Assembly: GCA_027016475.1 (NCBI GenBank)
Contig: JALUTL010000450.1
Span: 1-7,102, forward strand
Source of the DNA: Candidatus Heimdallarchaeota archaeon
GTDB taxonomy: Archaea; Asgardarchaeota; Heimdallarchaeia; Heimdallarchaeales; Kariarchaeaceae
Direction: 5' to 3'
Length of the DNA stretch: 7,102 nt
Made by a program: the position numbers and the translations under genes. The notes below the pieces were generated by a model. It did no database searches, was not told where the DNA came from, and saw only the letters and a program-made list of their open reading frames with translations. Position 1 is the first letter of the stretch. Each line of letters starts with the position of its first letter. Shown here piece by piece: positions 1 to 2,558 of this stretch.

Positions 1-114
1 AAATTTAAAGCAATCGAAATGCAAGGGCCAAGTTGCATCAAGTGTTCAACTTTTTTTCAACCCATCATAAAAGTTCAAAATTTTCAAGAAAGAGAAGATT
101 TTGACAGATCAATC

Positions 115-119
115 AAAAA
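115..119 (-). terminator. Oligo-T run (TTTTT on minus strand) 16 nt downstream of the GTPase stop; candidate archaeal intrinsic terminator
   Basis: Plus-strand aaaaa at 115-119 reads as T5 on the coding (minus) strand, just after the TAG at 135-137. Archaeal RNAP terminates at oligo-T tracts. Confidence 0.3.
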
Positions 120-134
120 TCATGTTGGTTCAAC

Positions 135-941
135 CTAACGGGAAAGTCTTAACGCTCGTTCTGGAGTTTCATATATGGGCAATTTTGCCCTTACATGATC
201 TGTCAGAAACTGAATGGCTGCCGCCCTTTCATCAGGAACGCCTCCCTTCATATACCTGTTTCGTGCAATGGCCAAGTTTTTCAGAAATTCAGAAGGTGAG
301 GGATCGATCCCATAATAGGAAGCTACAGCTCCAGGATTAAGTTCTTCTGCCTGCCCATATAAGATCATGGCGGCATAAATTGGATCCTTGAGCTTTGTAA
401 TTGAAGTAAGCCCCAATAGAATATGATGCTTTTCTGGCAGTTGAGCTGGAATAATTCCCGGTGAATCGAACATGTAAAGGCTATTGCTTACACGAATTTT
501 CTGCTCTCCTCTCGTTTTTCCAGGAATTGGTGCAACGCCTGCTGCTGACTTTCCACGGAGTGTATTGATCAAAGAGCTTTTTCCAGTATTGGGAAAGCCC
601 ACAACAGCAACAACTGCCGTTTTTCGTTTCGATGCACGCAAGAGAACCTGTCTAATGCGTGAGGTTCCCAACCGCTGAGTGGCAGAAAATCCTGCCGCAA
701 CCATCCCCCGCTCGTCAAACCAATCAAGCCATTGTTGAAGAAGGTCTCGGGGAATCAGATCAGTCTTGTTGATGCCAATTACCAAGTTGCAGTGATCCAA
801 TGAGTTAACGTACTCTTCCAGTCTTGAGCTTCGACAAATTGAGGGAAACCGTGCATCCACCACTTCCAAAACGACATCAGATCTATCCACGAGGCTATAC
901 ACTATCCCCCAGAATCGGTTCATTGACATGGTCAAATACAT
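135..941 (-). CDS. rbgA: Circularly permuted ribosome-biogenesis GTPase, YlqF/RbgA family (MMR1/HSR1-type, 50S/60S assembly GTPase)
   Basis: 268-aa ORF. The G motifs are in permuted order: G4 NKTD (GINKTDL), G5 SAT (FSATQ), G1 GFPNTGKSS, G2 PGKTRG, G3 DSPG. The N-terminal DVVLEVVDARFP and the C-terminal helical domain (RNRYMKGGVPDERAAAIQFLTD...G/KLP..ETPE) are typical of RbgA/YlqF. The start could be the ATG beginning at 941, 929 or 923 on the minus strand. Confidence 0.85.
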   Translation of the reverse strand: MYLTMSMNRFWGIVYSLVDRSDVVLEVVDARFPSICRSSRLEEYVNSLDHCNLVIGINKTDLIPRDLLQQWLDWFDERGMVAAGFSATQRLGTSRIRQVLLRASKRKTAVVAVVGFPNTGKSSLINTLRGKSAAGVAPIPGKTRGEQKIRVSNSLYMFDSPGIIPAQLPEKHHILLGLTSITKLKDPIYAAMILYGQAEELNPGAVASYYGIDPSPSEFLKNLAIARNRYMKGGVPDERAAAIQFLTDHVRAKLPIYETPERALRLSR

Positions 942-1100
942 ATCAACATGGAAACTTTAGAACTATTGGATTAGCTACACTTACAATAAGAAGTTCAGAA
1001 GATAACTTCCGTTTTACAATATTTTCCCTTGCGGAAGAAGTTTCATTGGGTTCAAAGTATTTACAAAGAAGATAGAGATCTCTTTTGCCAATTTGAGTTC

Positions 1101-1114
1101 AAAACCACGAAAAA
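1101..1114 (-). terminator. T-runs ending the pre-5S transcript (T5 at 1114-1110, T4 at 1104-1101 on minus strand)
   Basis: The minus strand reads ...CCUGUCAGUUUUUCGUGGUUUUGAAC. These oligo-T tracts lie immediately 3' of the BHB/processing stem. I cannot tell which run is used. T5 lies between the inner and outer stems. Confidence 0.4.
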
Positions 1115-1120
1115 CTGACA

Positions 1121-1140
1121 GGTTACCCCATATCCAGGTT
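1121..1140 (-). other. BHB motif, trailer-side strand: h' AAC (1140-1138), H CUGG (1137-1134), 3-nt bulge AUA (1133-1131), h UGGGGUA(A)CC (1130-1121)
   Basis: Base pairing worked out by hand against 1250-1268. See the findings for the pair list. Confidence 0.7.
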
Positions 1141-1253
1141 CGGATGTTACTGGGTGCACACCAACCCTATGACCGTAATCGTGCTACAGCGTGACGCCTT
1201 TCCCGATTGCTCGCGCAAATCAGTACATGGGTCGTCCGGAGTTGGGCTTAACT
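1132..1253 (-). rRNA. rrf: 5S rRNA, circularly permuted gene (helix III 3' strand, II', V, loop E, IV and loop D encoded before helix I 5' strand, loop A, II, III and loop C)
   Basis: On the minus strand the order is as follows. GUUAAGCCCAAC at 1252-1241. Helix V GACG(A)CC 1236-1230 paired with GGCGUC 1198-1193. Loop E AUGUACUG...GGGAAA. Helix IV with a GCGA tetraloop at 1214-1211. Helix I as a hairpin, GCUGUAG 1190-1184 / UUACGGU 1178-1172, with loop CACGA. Loop A CAUAG at 1171-1167. Helix II GGGUUGG 1167-1161 paired with CCAACUC 1245-1239. Helix III CCAG 1153-1150 / CUGG 1137-1134 enclosing loop C UAACAUCCGAAC. The ends are defined by the predicted BHB cleavage sites, giving 122 nt. Confidence 0.8.
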
Positions 1254-1268
1254 CTCTGGTGGGGTACC
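1250..1268 (-). other. BHB motif, leader-side strand: h GGUACCCCA (1268-1260), H CCAG (1259-1256), 3-nt bulge AGA (1255-1253), h' GUU (1252-1250)
   Basis: Complementary to 1121-1140. The two 3-nt bulges lie on opposite strands and are separated by exactly 4 bp. Confidence 0.7.
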
Positions 1269-1310
1269 TTCAACCGTGGTTGTTGTACAATATCATCTAA
1301 AGCTGACAAG

Positions 1311-1317
1311 TATATAA
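1311..1317 (-). promoter_or_regulatory. TATA box (TTATATA on minus strand) for the permuted 5S transcription unit
   Basis: The minus strand reads CCCTTATATACTTGTCAGCTTTAGATGATATTGTACAACAACCACGG. The TATA box lies about 25-30 nt upstream of the first nucleotides of the leader stem. A second AT-rich box (AATTATA) sits just upstream. Confidence 0.5.
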
Positions 1318-1446
1318 GGGTATAATTAGATAACAGGGAGAGGTAATGTAGTTATGTTTGAAAGAATGGTTAGGCAGTTGAAACTTTTTTGAGAAGGTTT
1401 TAGGAAAATTGAGAAGAGTCGAAGGTCGATAGCCAATACAAGTCAA

Positions 1447-1950
1447 TTATTTGGAGGCCTCCTGTTCCCTCAATTTGGTTGAAGAAATTGGAGATCCGTC
1501 AGCATCAAAAACCCATTCAATCGTATAGATATGTAGAGGTTTCAACTCCCTTTCCTTTCTCATTTGGTTTATTTTCTCTGCATTGGGATAAGTTTCTTCG
1601 GACACTACGATAAGATCAGCCTCAGGGTCAGTTGGGGCGGGTCCCCACGGGTCAAGGAGCTCAGCAACAGTCACTACAGAATTAAACTGGTGCATAAACT
1701 CCTGAACGTTTGCGATACGTACTGACGTTGGCTGGATCAGATCATGGTGTTTTTTATTGGGAAAAAGCTTTTTCCCAAGCCTATTTCCTACTACCCCAAC
1801 AAAAACCTCTTGAGCCAATAGCGCAGCGGTTTCAAGGAGCCGCTTGTGTGCGTCATGAAGTCTATCAAAGGTGCCACCCATGACCGCCTTTCGGAACGGT
1901 TTTTGATCTCTAGGAAATTCCTTGGATAAGTATTTCTGCAAATCATTCAT
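1447..1950 (-). CDS. coaD: Phosphopantetheine adenylyltransferase, archaeal/eukaryotic type (cytidylyltransferase-fold, CoA biosynthesis)
   Basis: 167-aa ORF. It has a nucleotidyltransferase signature GGTFDRLHDAHKRLL (an HxGH-type motif, with A in place of G), then DPWGPA, VVSEETYPNAEKINQMRKERELKPL, and a C-terminal DGSPISSTKLR (ISSTxxR motif). This is the pattern of archaeal PPAT (COG1019-like). Confidence 0.8.
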   Translation of the reverse strand: MNDLQKYLSKEFPRDQKPFRKAVMGGTFDRLHDAHKRLLETAALLAQEVFVGVVGNRLGKKLFPNKKHHDLIQPTSVRIANVQEFMHQFNSVVTVAELLDPWGPAPTDPEADLIVVSEETYPNAEKINQMRKERELKPLHIYTIEWVFDADGSPISSTKLREQEASK

Positions 1951-1970
1951 TACGCTTGATTTGCTATAGG

Positions 1971-1978
1971 ATTATTAA
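1971..1978 (-). promoter_or_regulatory. Candidate TATA box (TTAATAAT on minus strand) about 25 nt upstream of the PPAT ATG; implies a leaderless or near-leaderless mRNA
   Basis: AT-rich octamer at the canonical archaeal distance from start codon 1950. No Shine-Dalgarno-like purine tract lies in between. Confidence 0.3.
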
Positions 1979-2069
1979 TCGTTCCGCTTTTGCTTATAGT
2001 CTGAGTTATCAAGAACCAGAACTATACCCTATCTTGAATGCAAGACCATTGAGAACAATCCCATTCCTC

Positions 2070-2077
2070 TTATACCT
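2070..2077 (+). promoter_or_regulatory. Candidate TATA box (TTATACCT) about 24 nt upstream of ATG 2096
   Basis: Position relative to the start codon. The region is a divergent intergenic shared with the PPAT gene. Confidence 0.3.
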
Positions 2078-2095
2078 TTTAGAAAAGTAAACATC

Positions 2096-2554
2096 ATGGA
2101 TAACGCTTGGCCCATTGTGGTACTTCATAATGTCAATTCATCCAGCCGATGCACTGAATTTGTTCGAATAGCGACAGGTCTAGGATTCAAGACATTGGTT
2201 CTTTCACAAGCGCAGGGATCTGCGGCACAGAAAGGGATTCCTGCAGCTCAAAAGTACGCCTACAAGGAAAAGGCAAATTTTCTGGCTCTCTACTCCATTC
2301 AGGATGTTGTCGATTTGTTCAGTCCAGAGGAGTTGATATTAGTTGCCCCCCAACCATATGGAAAAGTGACTTTGGATGAAGAGTTCATACAAAATCTTTC
2401 CAATAAGAAATATGCGATTGTTTTTGGAGGGAATGATCCAGGGTTGACAAGAAAGGAGTTGGATATGGGCACATCCGTTCAGCTTCCGATTCCAGATATT
2501 GGATCAATAGGAACATTGGCGGTCACTTTGGCCAAAATTCGGCAATTGATCTGA
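2096..2554 (+). CDS. Small SPOUT / alpha-beta-knot superfamily-like protein (putative RNA methyltransferase fold; archaeal DUF-type), function unknown
   Basis: 152-aa ORF. The C-terminal half, YAIVFGGNDPGLTRKELDMGTSVQLPIPDIGSIGTLAVTLAKI, follows the SpoU/TrmH knot pattern (hhhG.e..Gl...l...d..v.IP....S....A..h). The N-terminal IVVLHNV...FVRIATGLGFKTLVL resembles SPOUT motif 1. The family assignment comes from motif pattern only. Confidence 0.5.
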   Translation: MDNAWPIVVLHNVNSSSRCTEFVRIATGLGFKTLVLSQAQGSAAQKGIPAAQKYAYKEKANFLALYSIQDVVDLFSPEELILVAPQPYGKVTLDEEFIQNLSNKKYAIVFGGNDPGLTRKELDMGTSVQLPIPDIGSIGTLAVTLAKIRQLI

Positions 2555-2558
2555 GTGT

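Larger units (their letters stand above)
1101..1288 (-). other. Predicted primary transcript of the permuted 5S gene (leader + 122-nt 5S body + trailer)
   Basis: The TATA box at 1317-1311 puts the TSS near 1290-1285. An outer leader/trailer helix pairs 1281-1275 (AACCACG) with 1109-1103 (CGUGGUU). An inner helix pairs 1268-1260 with 1130-1121. T-runs lie at 1114-1101. Local GC is clearly above the flanking sequence. Confidence 0.55.

Noticed and set aside
1-138. Frame +1 is open from the window edge to TAA 136-138 (…GPSCIKCSTFFQP…). It could be the C-terminus of an upstream convergent gene overlapping the GTPase stop by a few nt.
   Set aside because: There are only 45 codons, with no start in the window. 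The frame contains a T7 run (51-57) and a hairpin (ATGCAA 19-24 / TTGCAT 33-38), which look more like terminator or intergenic sequence. I cannot support this without the upstream sequence.
101-340. 79-aa plus-strand ORF from the track (TTG start).
   Set aside because: It lies almost entirely antisense to the well-supported GTPase CDS, has an alternative start codon, and has low-complexity, non-protein-like composition.
990-1042. Short interlocking complementary hexamers: GAAGTT 990-995 and 1037-1042 with AACTTC 1004-1009, and CTTCCG 1006-1011 with CGGAAG 1032-1037. They lie in the spacer between the 5S trailer and the GTPase start.
   Set aside because: These are only 6-bp stems with mutually exclusive pairings in AT-rich sequence, which is within chance expectation. 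I could not define a convincing GTPase promoter or RNA element here.
484-1075. Plus-strand ORFs 484-678 (64 aa) and 824-1075 (83 aa).
   Set aside because: Both are antisense shadows of the GTPase gene. The second merely runs on into the intergenic region. Neither has recognisable motifs.
1132-1253. The swapped 5S halves might be the junction of two tandem 5S genes or a truncated duplicate.
   Set aside because: No 5S-like sequence continues on either side. The flanks instead pair with each other to form a BHB. Each 5S element is present exactly once, and the total is 122 nt.
1100-1285. I first considered the structured, GC-richer block to be SRP (7S) RNA or a minimal RNase P RNA. Long-range terminal stems are present, and the plus strand contains GGGCTTA, which is reminiscent of RNase P CR-V.
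   Set aside because: Neither strand has the SRP helix 8 signature (GGAA...AGCA), a GAGGAAAGUCC-like CR-I, or ACAGAA. In contrast, every universal 5S element is present on the minus strand once permutation is allowed.
1453-1462. Perfect 10-bp palindrome GGAGGCCTCC.
   Set aside because: It lies inside the last codons of the PPAT CDS. It is a single short palindrome with no partner sites, so nothing suggests function.
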